From: Candidatus Thorarchaeota archaeon
GTDB taxonomy: Archaea > Asgardarchaeota > Thorarchaeia > Thorarchaeales > Thorarchaeaceae
Reading direction: 5' to 3'
DNA length: 64,000 nucleotides
Assembly: GCA_046482545.1 (NCBI GenBank)
Contig: JAWOEX010000009.1
Location: forward strand, 1 to 64,000
Below are positions 38,826 through 49,542 of the stretch, one piece after another. The position numbers and the translations under genes are program-made. The notes under the pieces are model-generated. The model was not told where the DNA came from, searched no databases, and saw nothing but the letters and a program-made list of their open reading frames with translations. Numbering within the stretch: the stretch's first letter is position 1; every line of letters starts with the position of its first letter.

Positions 38826-39204
38826 CTTCTATCTCGTGCCTACTCTTACATCTATGAATATCAAGATAACTAAAGGTGCGTTTGGGTGTGACTGGAATTA
38901 CCTCTTATCAATCTGTTTCAGTTATCTGTAAGCAAGATTATGGAGGGATTCTTCTTCTCAACTGCTACACTTGTTGCCTGACTAGCCGGTCACGCCATTC
39001 CCATTTGTGCAGTTTTCTCCATGGTAGGTTAATATATCCTAGGATTTTATGAACGAGAAAAAGTGTATGCTTCGTATCCGATATTGTGAAGGTGCCAGTA
39101 CCTAAGTCAATACGTCTCAGTAGTATGATTGGCAATATTCAGGGATAGGCGGGTGGTCGGCAAATGATTATTGAAAGAATCGATTTCCCGCTCTATAAAC
39201 GAGC

Positions 39205-39903
39205 TCACGATATTTTCTCTTTGACCCTCGTCACAACCATTGCATGGGCCTTCTCAAGGGGATCCAAGTCGACCCGTTCCATCACTTCAAGCCCATATTC
39301 GTCGAGTTCAGTAACTACCCGTTTGTAGATACTCTGAATGTCATCAACAGCATCTATGCTCCGTGCTTTAACTGCAATCATACCCCACGCGCCATAGGAG
39401 CAGAACGTTCTGAGATTATCGTATAGGATTCGCGCTTGGTTCACTTGAGCAATGTCTTGGTATACCACATCTATAATACCCATAAGGAATGAGGTGTATC
39501 TGTTTGGATGTCTCGCATCATCAACGATTGGCACAATATTTTCTCGCTCTTCTGATAGAACAATCAAATCTCGGGCTGTTCGTGGTGAGAATTCCACCGC
39601 ATAAACAACACCATTTGGACCTACGATATCCGAAACATGACTTACAGTGGTTCCGGAGGCTGCTCCCAGATACAAAACCCTTGAACCTCGCTGGATAGGC
39701 ATGTGTCTGACGCCTTTGATAATCGCTGCTGCCAGCTTGGACCTGTTGACTGACCAAGATCTGTATTCCTTGCCATTCACCTGAATCAGTTCCTCACCGT
39801 AGACTTTCTTTCCTGGCGTGAGTGATTGAGTCCAGAGTTTAATCTTCTTTCCTTTCTTACTCCTGAATACTCCAGGAAACTTGTACTCCTCAATTTTCTC
39901 CAT
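39205..39903 (-). CDS. flpA: Fibrillarin rRNA/tRNA 2'-O-methyltransferase
   Basis: RSKLAAAI, VLYLGAASGTTVSHVSD, DIAQ..QA. Confidence 0.96.
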   Translation of the reverse strand: MEKIEEYKFPGVFRSKKGKKIKLWTQSLTPGKKVYGEELIQVNGKEYRSWSVNRSKLAAAIIKGVRHMPIQRGSRVLYLGAASGTTVSHVSDIVGPNGVVYAVEFSPRTARDLIVLSEERENIVPIVDDARHPNRYTSFLMGIIDVVYQDIAQVNQARILYDNLRTFCSYGAWGMIAVKARSIDAVDDIQSIYKRVVTELDEYGLEVMERVDLDPLEKAHAMVVTRVKEKIS

Positions 39904-39904
39904 T

Positions 39905-41098
39905 TCAGCTTCCCCCCTTTCCTTTCTTAGATTTGCTTGATGGCGGCTCAGGATACTTCCGTTGAATCTCCTCAATTTTCTCTTCGAACTCAGCCCTAAG
40001 CTTGGCTCCAATATTACGTTTTGAATACGCATCTACTCGAGCTGCGATGGACAACTTACCTGCTAGGGCTCTGGAAATGTTCCCCCGCTGCCAGTATGGG
40101 GCTGTATGAATTTCTGGCAGCTGATAAATCACACCATGCTTAGGGGGTGCAGCACCTGTCTTAAGACTCCTGAACAATGCTTTTTCTGCACCATAAACTT
40201 GAATGGTGCTGGAGGGTTTTCTAGCTAAATCCTTGAGAGATCCAGCATGACTAAGGAGCCTAGCAGCAATCAACGGGCCCACAAGTGTTGACATATTTGG
40301 AGCCACTTCTCTCATGACTTTCTCAACGTATTTTTGCAAATTATGTCTGAGCTCGACAAGTCCACGTAGCGTTTCTGCAAGATTACGAATTATTTCTGCA
40401 TCCTCAGGTCTGATATCGGCACCAGTATCCCTCGTACGGTTTGCAGCGATGGCTTCCACGTTCTTCTGACTTAATCCCAGTTTGCCGAGATTCTCCGAGG
40501 TTATCTCATTCTTAAGGCCAATCTCTGAGATTATGGTTGCTAGGGTTTCTGGGTTCTCTACTTCGTTTACGAGCGTGGGAAAATGTAGCGAATACCATTC
40601 TTTCAACCGCATATCCATTTCATTGATGGAACGATCTACTTCATCAACTGAGTCGATTGCCTGTTTCACGAGTAAATCTCTTCGTTCCGTTGCTGCCCGT
40701 ATTCGATTCCTAGCAATATGGATTGCCACTTCTTTCCGGAAGCGTATGGAATCATCCTCTGATTCTAAAATATCCTGCTCGATGAGTTCTTTCTCACCTG
40801 TCGTTCTAAACCACTTGATAGGTGAACTAATTTGTTCAACTTCAACCTGCAAATTGCAGGCATCTTGGACTGCTTCTTTCAACCAACGAGTCTCTACTAT
40901 AACTACTTTAGCATCATTACGCGGGATTTCATTGATTATACTGTCCAACAGATTTGTTGAGTTGCCTCTCCGTATGGAGATAAGGTTACGAGATGATTGT
41001 TCGATATCGGGATATGCCATCCGATTAGCCAGAATGTTACCTTCCTTGTCAAGAAGGAAAGCTCCCAGCGCATTCATCGTGAGATAGACCCGCGTCAT
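39905..41098 (-). CDS. nop5: Nop5 (Nop56/58) C/D RNP protein
   Basis: EWYSLHFP, APN, PSSTIQVYGAEKALF, PKHG. Confidence 0.95.
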   Translation of the reverse strand: MTRVYLTMNALGAFLLDKEGNILANRMAYPDIEQSSRNLISIRRGNSTNLLDSIINEIPRNDAKVVIVETRWLKEAVQDACNLQVEVEQISSPIKWFRTTGEKELIEQDILESEDDSIRFRKEVAIHIARNRIRAATERRDLLVKQAIDSVDEVDRSINEMDMRLKEWYSLHFPTLVNEVENPETLATIISEIGLKNEITSENLGKLGLSQKNVEAIAANRTRDTGADIRPEDAEIIRNLAETLRGLVELRHNLQKYVEKVMREVAPNMSTLVGPLIAARLLSHAGSLKDLARKPSSTIQVYGAEKALFRSLKTGAAPPKHGVIYQLPEIHTAPYWQRGNISRALAGKLSIAARVDAYSKRNIGAKLRAEFEEKIEEIQRKYPEPPSSKSKKGKGGS

Positions 41099-41244
41099 GT
41101 ATCGTCTCTCTTCCTTTCTGAGTTGAATAGTCGAATAAGTGTGTTGGCAACCCATTATTTTATGACCAGTGAAAAAAATGACATCCATCTATTTTCGCTG
41201 GTCTTATTACCCCGAACGTATCATCGACCACCGACGGTGATTCA

Positions 41245-42114
41245 GTGAAAATCGAGGGATACTGGCTTGCATCGGGTGTGCTGGGCGTTACCGGTGCAAT
41301 CATGGCGCGAGTTGCCAGGGAGGGAGCTGATATCATCGTAACCAAATCTGTAGGCTTGGAACCACGGAAAGGCTATCCCGGGCCGAATATCACTGCATCC
41401 CATTCAGGTCTGCTGAATGCGGTTGGCCTTACCAATCCTGGTATTGATAGCTTTCTAGATGAGCTTAGAATCCTAAAAAAGCATGACGTCCCCTTCGTCA
41501 TCAGCATATTTGGTCGCACGGAGAACGAAATTACCCAAGTGGCCAAGAAAGCGTTTGAAGCCGAACCATCAGCTCTTGAGCTCAATTTATCTTGTCCTCA
41601 TGCAGAGATAAGTCAGATAGGCCACAGTCCCAAATTGACTAGGAGTTTCGTAAAGGCGGTCAAAGGCACAGTCTCCCTCCCAGTTTTTGCAAAACTAACT
41701 CCTAATGCCAGTGATGTTGTTGCTGTAGGCAAAGCGGCTGAAGAGGCCGGAGCAGACGCTATTGTTGCTATCAATACAGTTCGAGGGATGAGGATTGATA
41801 TCAAGCAGAAAGCACCGGTCTTAGCAAACAAAGTTGGAGGTCTTTCTGGTCCTCCCATCTTTCCCGTAGCTGTGCGCTGTGTCTATGATCTCTACTCTGC
41901 ATTGTCTATACCAATAATTGGTGTAGGCGGGGTATCAACATGGGAAGATGCGGTAGAAATGCATCTAGCCGGAGCAAGCGCGATTCAAATCGGAACGGCA
42001 ACTCTCGGTGGGCTGGATGTTTTTACTCGAATTCGAGAAGGAGTAGAGGAATATCTGGCTCGTGAAGGATTTACCGATATTTCTGATATTGTCGGTTTAG
42101 CAGGGAGGACCTAG
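41245..42114 (+). CDS. pyrD: Dihydroorotate dehydrogenase, catalytic subunit
   Basis: NAVGLTNPG, ELNLSCPH, KLTPN, GGLSG. Confidence 0.95.
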   Translation: MKIEGYWLASGVLGVTGAIMARVAREGADIIVTKSVGLEPRKGYPGPNITASHSGLLNAVGLTNPGIDSFLDELRILKKHDVPFVISIFGRTENEITQVAKKAFEAEPSALELNLSCPHAEISQIGHSPKLTRSFVKAVKGTVSLPVFAKLTPNASDVVAVGKAAEEAGADAIVAINTVRGMRIDIKQKAPVLANKVGGLSGPPIFPVAVRCVYDLYSALSIPIIGVGGVSTWEDAVEMHLAGASAIQIGTATLGGLDVFTRIREGVEEYLAREGFTDISDIVGLAGRT

Positions 42115-42115
42115 T

Positions 42116-42937
42116 ATGAACTTGGAACACACAGTGGGAAATCCAACATCTGTCCAGATTACCCAGGTTGTTGACGAAAACCCGCTCTGTCATACATTAT
42201 ACTTTGATACTCCTTGGAAGGGATCAGTTGTCCAACCCGGCCAATTCGTTATGGTTTGGATACGGAATGTAGACGAGATTCCTATGAGTATCTGCTACCA
42301 AGATGACGAAGAGATGGCAATAACTGTAAAACAGGTGGGCGAAGCAACAGAAGCCCTGATGACCCTGCAACCAGAAGACTACATTGGGTTACGCGGTCCT
42401 TTTGGTAATGGATTCAGTTTGGCATCAAAGAATCCTTTGCTCGTAGGCGGCGGGATTGGAATGGCACCTCTTCGTTTTCTCACACACGAACTGATTCGTG
42501 AAGGTTCCAACGTCACTCTACTCGTAGCTGCCAAGACGGGAGGGGACTTACTTCTATTTGACTTTGAAAATCAACTTTCAGACAGTATCGAATTGAAGAT
42601 TGCAACAGATGATGGGTCAAGGGGATTAGAGGGACTTGCTACTGACCTCGCAGATTCCCTTATTCAAGAAAACGAGTTTGACAGGCTCTATACCTGTGGT
42701 CCGGAGATCATGATGGCAGGTCTTTGTAAATCCGCTGCACATCATGGAATCCCTCTGGAAGCGTCCCTTGAAAGATACATGAAATGCGGATGCGGTATCT
42801 GTGGAACCTGTGCGATGGACCCGCAAGGTCTCATGGTATGCGTGGATGGACCCGTATTTTCGGACAAACAGCTGCAACAAATCGATGAGTTCGCCTCTTA
42901 TACACGTGATTCCACAGGCAAAAAGCAACCGTTGTAA
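42116..42937 (+). CDS. pyrK: Dihydroorotate dehydrogenase electron transfer subunit
   Basis: PGQFVM, GPFGNGF, MKCGCGICGTC..VC.DGPVF. Confidence 0.95.
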   Translation: MNLEHTVGNPTSVQITQVVDENPLCHTLYFDTPWKGSVVQPGQFVMVWIRNVDEIPMSICYQDDEEMAITVKQVGEATEALMTLQPEDYIGLRGPFGNGFSLASKNPLLVGGGIGMAPLRFLTHELIREGSNVTLLVAAKTGGDLLLFDFENQLSDSIELKIATDDGSRGLEGLATDLADSLIQENEFDRLYTCGPEIMMAGLCKSAAHHGIPLEASLERYMKCGCGICGTCAMDPQGLMVCVDGPVFSDKQLQQIDEFASYTRDSTGKKQPL

Positions 42938-43144
42938 CACAACAAGGCCGGAACGCGGTTCTGATATTCAGCTGCTTTCTCAGTCCTTCAGTGAGATACA
43001 GCTTGAATACGGAGTAATAGATGTAAAAAGTGAAGATGTGACTTGGCTATTCTGCGGCCAAGTCAAATACAAAATTGCCCTATATCACAATTTACAGTAT
43101 CGTTTCTTTGCGAAGCTTTGGAAACGTCGTTGAAATCTACTTGA

Positions 43145-43300
43145 TTAGCGGCCTTTGACCTTACCCTTCACAAAACGCCGGACATAATTACGTTTATTGC
43201 GCACGCGGGGAATGGGAGAATGTCGTTCCTTTCCATCAACCTTAGGTGTCTGCTCCCTAACTTTTCCCGCCTTTGTCAGTGAACCATGTGATCCTGGCAT
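43145..43300 (-). CDS. rps30e: 30S ribosomal protein S30e (not in ORF track)
   Basis: [30 protein letters not shown]. Confidence 0.95.
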   Translation of the reverse strand: MPGSHGSLTKAGKVREQTPKVDGKERHSPIPRVRNKRNYVRRFVKGKVKGR

Positions 43301-43436
43301 CATTCATTCCTCTTTGTCTTCTAACCTTGATTTTGCAAAGTGATGTTATAAGGCTATTCACTTGGCATGGCTAATCTCCTGTCCTTTAGATACAACCAAT
43401 GATATTAAACTACAAAATGCAAATCTGAGAATCGTC

Positions 43437-45032
43437 ATGTCGGCTGAAGAACACCATCTTCACAGAGCAATCATACAGGACATTCTACAATCAGATGATG
43501 TCTTAGACCGCCGTGACATCAACGCGATTAAGAAGAAAGCATGTGCTGAATTCGGTGCATCCCGTGTACCTTCCAACGCGGATGTGCTTCAAAGTGCTAC
43601 AGAAGATGAGTGGGATGAGCTACAAACCCTTCTTCAAAAAAGGCCTGTTCGAACGGCCTCTGGTGTGGCTGTTGTTGCGGCAATGACCGAACCTCATGAA
43701 TGCCCTCATGGCCAATGTGCTTACTGCCCGGGTGGCCCAAAGCTTGGGGTCCCTCAAAGCTATACAGGGCATGAACCAGCAACGATGAGGGGTATCCAGA
43801 ATGCTTTCGACCCGTATCTTCAGGTCAAAAACAGATTGAACCAGTTGAGAGCGACTGGACATTCTGTACAGAAAATTGAGCTCATTGTGATGGGTGGAGA
43901 TTGGTGTTCAAAGGATAGAGCCTACCGGGAATGGTTTGTAACCGGGTGCCTAGAGGCTATGAACGGCGAAATCAGTAATGATTTCGAACAGGCCAAGAAG
44001 AAAAATGAAACTGCTGACGTTCGGAATGTCGGAACAACTTTTGAAACTCGCCCCGACCAGATTTCTCAACAAACCGTGGATGAGATGCTGGAACTAGGGG
44101 GAACGCGCGTAGAAATTGGTGTTCAGACGTTACGCGATGATTTACTCACCTATGTTAACAGGGGTCACGGGGTAAAGGAAATCAGCAAGGCTACACAGAT
44201 ACTTCGTGATACTGGACTCAAAGTATGTTACCATATGATGCCTGGTCTTCCTGGTAGCTCTATCGATGCCGATATCGCAGATTTTGAACATCTTTTCCAT
44301 GATGCGCGCTTTCAGCCTGATATGATGAAAATCTATCCGACTATCGTGGTCGCTAATACCAAGCTCTACAATTGGTGGAAGAACGGTGAGTATGAACCAT
44401 ATACCAATGACGAAATCGTGGAGATGGTTTCACGCGCTGTCAGCAAGATGCCAGAATACGTTAGAATCCAGCGCATGCAGCGCGATATTCCCATACACCA
44501 AATTGAAGCCGGACTAAGCAAAGGAAATCTACGAGAACTTGTTCATGACTGGATGAAGGAAAGAAATATGAGAAATCCTACAATCCGCTATCGTGAAATT
44601 GCCCATTTCCAGAGACGCTCAGATGAAATGGTGAAACCCGAGAACATTGAACTTATTGAACGTACCTACCCTGCCTCCGGTGGCAATGAAGTATTTCTTT
44701 CCTTCGAAGAACCTAACTTGGATGTGATACTTGGCTTTCTGAGGCTTCGGAAACCGAGCAACAAGGCACATAGAAGAGAGATTTCCGAAGTCCCATCTGC
44801 CATCATACGGGAGCTTAGGGTTTATGGCCCGGTGGTCAATATTGGTGAACGGGATGAGGAATCTTGGCAACATCTCGGTCTCGGAGAGCAGCTCCTTGTA
44901 AGAGCTGAACAGATTACAGAGAACGATTTTGGAGCTGAACGATTACTTGTTCTCAGCGGGATTGGAGTGAAGGAATACTACCGCAACCTTGGCTTCAATG
45001 ATTGTGGCCCCTATCTTGCCAAGTTCATCTGA
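43437..45032 (+). CDS. elp3: Elp3 tRNA U34 carboxymethyltransferase
   Basis: CPHGQCAYCPGG, QSYTG.EPA, ETRPD, QHLGLG, GVKEYY. Confidence 0.96.
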   Translation: MSAEEHHLHRAIIQDILQSDDVLDRRDINAIKKKACAEFGASRVPSNADVLQSATEDEWDELQTLLQKRPVRTASGVAVVAAMTEPHECPHGQCAYCPGGPKLGVPQSYTGHEPATMRGIQNAFDPYLQVKNRLNQLRATGHSVQKIELIVMGGDWCSKDRAYREWFVTGCLEAMNGEISNDFEQAKKKNETADVRNVGTTFETRPDQISQQTVDEMLELGGTRVEIGVQTLRDDLLTYVNRGHGVKEISKATQILRDTGLKVCYHMMPGLPGSSIDADIADFEHLFHDARFQPDMMKIYPTIVVANTKLYNWWKNGEYEPYTNDEIVEMVSRAVSKMPEYVRIQRMQRDIPIHQIEAGLSKGNLRELVHDWMKERNMRNPTIRYREIAHFQRRSDEMVKPENIELIERTYPASGGNEVFLSFEEPNLDVILGFLRLRKPSNKAHRREISEVPSAIIRELRVYGPVVNIGERDEESWQHLGLGEQLLVRAEQITENDFGAERLLVLSGIGVKEYYRNLGFNDCGPYLAKFI

Positions 45033-45070
45033 GAAGACCCTAATAGGCCTAAGTCGAGCAGAATAAGATT

Positions 45071-45188
45071 TGGCGCCGAGGAGGAGATATGTCCAGCCAG
45101 ACGAACTGTCTTGACTTTCGAACTCCTGAGTGCATCTGCACACTGGTTTTCAAGACCAGCGCCTTAATCCGGGCTTGGCTACCTCGGC
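45071..45188 (-). tRNA. tRNA-Ser(TGA) with 29-nt T-loop intron at 58/59 (45089-45117)
   Basis: Long variable arm, G73, central helix GUUC/GGAC, encoded CCA. Confidence 0.9.
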
Positions 45189-45290
45189 AAACTGTGACTG
45201 CCCAGATTCTGTAGGCAACCAACTGCCTTGAGTGGCTAAGAAACGCCTTTTAAGCTTCTTGGAGTGTTGTTCATTGAAGTTGGTTAAGAG

Positions 45291-45722
45291 ATGACAGAAG
45301 GGTTTAGGTTTCACGAACATACGGCTGATATTACTATCGAGGCGTGGGGCCCTGATCTTCCTACAGCCTTTGAACAGGGAGCAAAAGCTACCCTCGAAAT
45401 CATGGTGGACACCTCCAGTGTCTCATCTGAAGAACCAACTGACGTTGCTGTTGAGGGTATTGACCTACAGGAATTACTGGTGCAATGGATTGGCGAAATT
45501 ATCACCATGGTAGACATCGAATCGAAGTTCTATTCTACCTTCGAAATTGGTGAAATCACCCAGCGCGACGAGAGATACTTGCTTGAAGCCACTATCTGGG
45601 GTGAAGGAATCGATCATAATAAGCATGAGACAAGAACCGAAGTCAAGGCAATGACATATGCTGATTTACGAATCGAAGAAAAGGAAGAGAAGACAACTGT
45701 TTGGTTCACACTTGACCTCTAG
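45291..45722 (+). CDS. Archease
   Basis: EHTADI, EVKAMTY, C-terminal LDL. Confidence 0.93.
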   Translation: MTEGFRFHEHTADITIEAWGPDLPTAFEQGAKATLEIMVDTSSVSSEEPTDVAVEGIDLQELLVQWIGEIITMVDIESKFYSTFEIGEITQRDERYLLEATIWGEGIDHNKHETRTEVKAMTYADLRIEEKEEKTTVWFTLDL

Positions 45723-45735
45723 AGGATGATATCCT

Positions 45736-46590
45736 TTGACTCTCGAAGTTGCAATTCCTGATACCACACTTCGTCACTGTTCTGACTTGCGTGAAAAAAC
45801 AGTGACCACAGGATTTCTCGGAAGAGCATTCGCTGTATTTCGCGCGGAGAAAATCATAGTCTTCGAGACAGGACGCTTGAACAAACAAGAACTGAAAGAT
45901 GCAGACCTTTTGGTGCGTCTACTCCGTTATATGGACACACCACAGTACCTTCGAAAGCGCGTGTTCCCTCGTGCTCCGGCGTTGAGATTTGTTGGGCTTC
46001 TTCCACCACTACGGACTCCAAGCCACCCTTTATTTTCCTCAATTGAGGATATTGAAAAGGGAGAGCTGCGTTGGGGCATACAAATTGGGCCCGGAAAAGT
46101 GGATTTGGGCCTAGATGAAACCATAGACTACGATGGATATGTGGACGAACGCGAACCCACCCTTTTCCGTGTTGTTGAAACAAAACCACGCATCAAACTC
46201 GAAGTAACAGACCGAAGTGAAACAACAGCATACTGGGGTTTCGAGACATTGATGGCCGATGATCTTGAAGATTACCTTAGCGAAAGTGTAGAAGCAACCA
46301 CTATCGCGCTCTCACGCGAAGCACCCCCATTCAGCAAAATGAAAAACGCCATAGAGGCTACGGTTGAGGGTACTGAATCAGTTCTTGCTCTATTTGGTGG
46401 ACCAAAGCTCGGCCTTCACGAATTATTCTCTCAACCCTCGGGCCTAAAAGACTACATAGATTTCTGGATTAATACAATTCCCGGTCAGGGGACCGAAACT
46501 GTGCGTTTGGAAGAAGCGGTATTCTCCAGCTTGGCGCTTCTGAACTACTCAATTGGGGATCTTGTTGCTAAGAAGGGGTTTTACGAATAA
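45736..46590 (+). CDS. SPOUT RNA methyltransferase (DUF171/SPOUT1-like)
   Basis: TPQYLRK, LPPLRTPSH, NTIPGQGTETVRLEEA. Confidence 0.9.
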   Translation: MTLEVAIPDTTLRHCSDLREKTVTTGFLGRAFAVFRAEKIIVFETGRLNKQELKDADLLVRLLRYMDTPQYLRKRVFPRAPALRFVGLLPPLRTPSHPLFSSIEDIEKGELRWGIQIGPGKVDLGLDETIDYDGYVDEREPTLFRVVETKPRIKLEVTDRSETTAYWGFETLMADDLEDYLSESVEATTIALSREAPPFSKMKNAIEATVEGTESVLALFGGPKLGLHELFSQPSGLKDYIDFWINTIPGQGTETVRLEEAVFSSLALLNYSIGDLVAKKGFYE

Positions 46591-46715
46591 TCAGCTCTAT
46601 TTTCTTCTGTTGACCCTAGGGCAAGGTTAAAAAGTAAAACCAGAGCTGGCCGAGTCAAGTAGTACGAATAGCCCAGCCTAGAGGCCGTTCGATACGCGAA
46701 TCTTGGTGTTTACAA

Positions 46716-47723
46716 ATGGCGCACAGAAAAAAACATGCACCCAAACGTGGTAGCTTAGCATATTTGCCACATGGTCGTGCTTCAAAATTTGTGCCGCGCG
46801 TGAAGAGCTGGCCTGAGTATAGTGGCTCGGCTGCAAAACTACTTGGCTTTGTAGGATATAAGGCTGGAATGACACACGCAGTAACGACTGTCACCAATCA
46901 GGACAGTCCGTTCAAGGGACGCGAGACAGTTATTCCCATAACTGTGCTTGATACCCCTCCAGTACGTCCATTCTCAATCCGTGGCTACGATACCACTCCG
47001 TATGGTTCTCGAGTTATCACGGAGGCATTAGCAGAGGATACTTCCGATGCTCTGTTCAAGACGATGCCATTGCCGAAAGACTACGATTATAGTGCCAAGA
47101 TGGAAGAGTTTGAAGCCGAACTTGATTCACTTTCCGAAATCAGGATGCTAGTCCACACTCAGCCAAGACTTGCCGCGGTACCTAAGAAGCGACCAGAAGT
47201 TATGGAATACAAGATAGGTGCTCCGAGTGTGGAGGAAGCCTTCGAATATGCAACGGATATACTTGGTACCGACGTACGTGTTGCGGACATACTCGAAGAG
47301 GGCATGCTCGTAGATACAATTGCTGTTACCAAGGGACATGGATTCCAGGGAACTGTTAGACGATGGGGCGTACGAATCCTTCAACATAAGTCTCGAAAGA
47401 CCAAGAGAGGCATAGGGTGTCTCGGACCTTGGTCACCTAGCAATATTCGGTATACCGTTCCTCAACCCGGCCAGACCGGTTATCATTCACGAACAAACTT
47501 CAACAACGCTATCGTGCAGCTGGGTGAGCGTGGTGAGGAAATCACTCCAGAAGGTGGTTTCGTAAACTATGGTGTCATCCGGGGAGACTACGTGATGGTG
47601 AAGGGGTCCGTACCGGGTCCCGTGAAGAGACCTATCAGGTTGAGATACGCTATTAGAGCTCCTAGCGGGTATTCTCCAGAACCATTCCAAGTTAACTACA
47701 TCAGTACAACATCAAAGCAATAG
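46716..47723 (+). CDS. rpl3: 50S ribosomal protein L3
   Basis: PKRGSL, GYKAGMTH, TKGHGFQG. Confidence 0.97.
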   Translation: MAHRKKHAPKRGSLAYLPHGRASKFVPRVKSWPEYSGSAAKLLGFVGYKAGMTHAVTTVTNQDSPFKGRETVIPITVLDTPPVRPFSIRGYDTTPYGSRVITEALAEDTSDALFKTMPLPKDYDYSAKMEEFEAELDSLSEIRMLVHTQPRLAAVPKKRPEVMEYKIGAPSVEEAFEYATDILGTDVRVADILEEGMLVDTIAVTKGHGFQGTVRRWGVRILQHKSRKTKRGIGCLGPWSPSNIRYTVPQPGQTGYHSRTNFNNAIVQLGERGEEITPEGGFVNYGVIRGDYVMVKGSVPGPVKRPIRLRYAIRAPSGYSPEPFQVNYISTTSKQ

Positions 47724-47739
47724 GAGAAGGTGGTTATCA

Positions 47740-48528
47740 ATGGCAACTATAAAATCGTACACATTGGATGGTAAACCTGATTCCGACATTGAGTTACCTG
47801 AGCATTTCAATACTCCCTACCGACCAGATGTCATAAAGCGGGCCGTATTGGCAGTCCAATCACGCGGACGCCAGCCACATGGTATAGATCCTCTAGCTGG
47901 TAAGCGAACAACCGCTGAAAGTTGGGGTGTAGGCCATGGAAGGTCGAGAGTACCCCGGGTGAAAGGTGGAGGCACTCCTGCAGCAAACAAGGCTGGTTTC
48001 ATGCCTGGTGTTGTAGGTGGAAGACGGGCTCACCCTCCAGAAGCACGAGAGGTTCTCGAGGAAGATATCAATACAAAAGAGAATCGATTGGCAATCCGTT
48101 CGGCTATCGCCGCGACAGGACACAAAGATATTGTATCTCGACGCGGCCACAAGGTGGATTCGGCATCAGAGTTTCCTATCGTTGTTAGTGATGAACTAGA
48201 AACTCTCACCAAAACGAGAGAAGTCATGGATGTAATTGAAGCCTTAGGACTTGATGATGATATTAAGCGAGTAAGAAACGGACACAAGATTCGAGCTGGA
48301 AAGGGTAAGATGCGTGGTCGCAAGTATAAGACCCCGAAGTCTATTCTTTTCGTTGTTGGGACTGACTTGGGGATTGAGCGTGCTGCACGTAACATTCCTG
48401 GAGTTGAAATAGCAGAAGTCCATGCACTGAATGCAGATTTGCTGGCACCTGGAACACATGCTGGGCGTTTAGTTATATGGACCAAGTCAGCCCTAGAACG
48501 CCTGCAGGAAGAGGGCCTTTTTGTCTGA
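47740..48528 (+). CDS. rpl4: 50S ribosomal protein L4
   Basis: AESWGVGHGRSRVPR, RAGKGKMRGR, LAPG. Confidence 0.97.
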   Translation: MATIKSYTLDGKPDSDIELPEHFNTPYRPDVIKRAVLAVQSRGRQPHGIDPLAGKRTTAESWGVGHGRSRVPRVKGGGTPAANKAGFMPGVVGGRRAHPPEAREVLEEDINTKENRLAIRSAIAATGHKDIVSRRGHKVDSASEFPIVVSDELETLTKTREVMDVIEALGLDDDIKRVRNGHKIRAGKGKMRGRKYKTPKSILFVVGTDLGIERAARNIPGVEIAEVHALNADLLAPGTHAGRLVIWTKSALERLQEEGLFV

Positions 48529-48539
48529 GGTGTGTCAAT

Positions 48540-48803
48540 ATGAGAGATCCAAATGAAATCGTCATAAGACCAGTAGTGACAGAGGCCAGTCTTGAAGCCG
48601 TTGACATGGAGAACAAACTTACTTTCTTCGTGGCTCTTCGCTCGAACAAGAACATGATTCGGTGGGCTGTTGAGACACTCTATGAAGTCGTTGTGGAACG
48701 TGTAAACACACTGATTACACCGACAGGGCAAAAGAAAGCTTTCGTGAAGCTAGCGCCTGAATACAGTGCGGGTGAATTAGCCACTCGGCTGGGGATATTC
48801 TAA
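48540..48803 (+). CDS. rpl23: 50S ribosomal protein L23
   Basis: PVVTE, NKLTF, VNTLIT..KKAFVKL. Confidence 0.95.
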   Translation: MRDPNEIVIRPVVTEASLEAVDMENKLTFFVALRSNKNMIRWAVETLYEVVVERVNTLITPTGQKKAFVKLAPEYSAGELATRLGIF

Positions 48804-48816
48804 GTGGTGTTTGATA

Positions 48817-49542
48817 ATGGGTAAGCGTATATTAGTTCAGAGAAAAGGTCGCGGTACTTCAAGATGGCGTTCGCCTTCACACAAGAAACTCGCACCGGCT
48901 CGCCATCCCAAATGGGCGCCCGATAAGACCTATCGGGGAAAGATTGTTGCTCTATTCCACGAACCTGGAAGGGGCGCTCCGCTTGCAGAGGTCCGATTTG
49001 AGGACAGTTCTACTCCTAATTTCATGGTTGCTCCTGAAGGTGCATATGTGGGACAAGAGATTGAATGCGGGGAAAATGCCGCTCTTGTAAATGGCAACAC
49101 TCTGATGCTTCAACATATCCCTGAAGGTACACCTATCTACAACATAGAAGGCAAGCCTGGAGACGGTGGCAAGTTTGTTCGATCATCCGGACTGACAGCC
49201 ATGATTGTCTCTGCTGATCCTTCAAAGGCGATGGTTAGATTGCCTAGCGGGTCACAGAAAGCATTCAGCCCTCGGTGTCGAGCTACAATCGGTATAGTTG
49301 CCGGTGGTGGTCGGAAGGAGAAACCGTTTCTCAAAGCTGGTACTGTCTGGCATCACAATCGTGTCAAGGCAAGGAAATGGCCAGTTGTTAGAGGTGCTGC
49401 AATGAACGCTGTGTCTCATCCACATGGTGGAGGCTCTCATCAGTCTCCCGGAAGACCCACAACAGTCGGCAGGAATACCCCACCAGGCCGTAAAGTAGGC
49501 AATATCGCTGCTCGGAGAACAGGCCGTAAAAAGAAGACTTGA
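48817..49542 (+). CDS. rpl2: 50S ribosomal protein L2
   Basis: MGKRI..QRKG, HEPGRGAP, MNAVSHPHGGG. Confidence 0.97.
   Translation: MGKRILVQRKGRGTSRWRSPSHKKLAPARHPKWAPDKTYRGKIVALFHEPGRGAPLAEVRFEDSSTPNFMVAPEGAYVGQEIECGENAALVNGNTLMLQHIPEGTPIYNIEGKPGDGGKFVRSSGLTAMIVSADPSKAMVRLPSGSQKAFSPRCRATIGIVAGGGRKEKPFLKAGTVWHHNRVKARKWPVVRGAAMNAVSHPHGGGSHQSPGRPTTVGRNTPPGRKVGNIAARRTGRKKKT

Noticed and set aside
45071-45188. tRNA-Sec
   Set aside because: Anticodon is UGA (Ser), not UCA, and the acceptor stem is 7 bp
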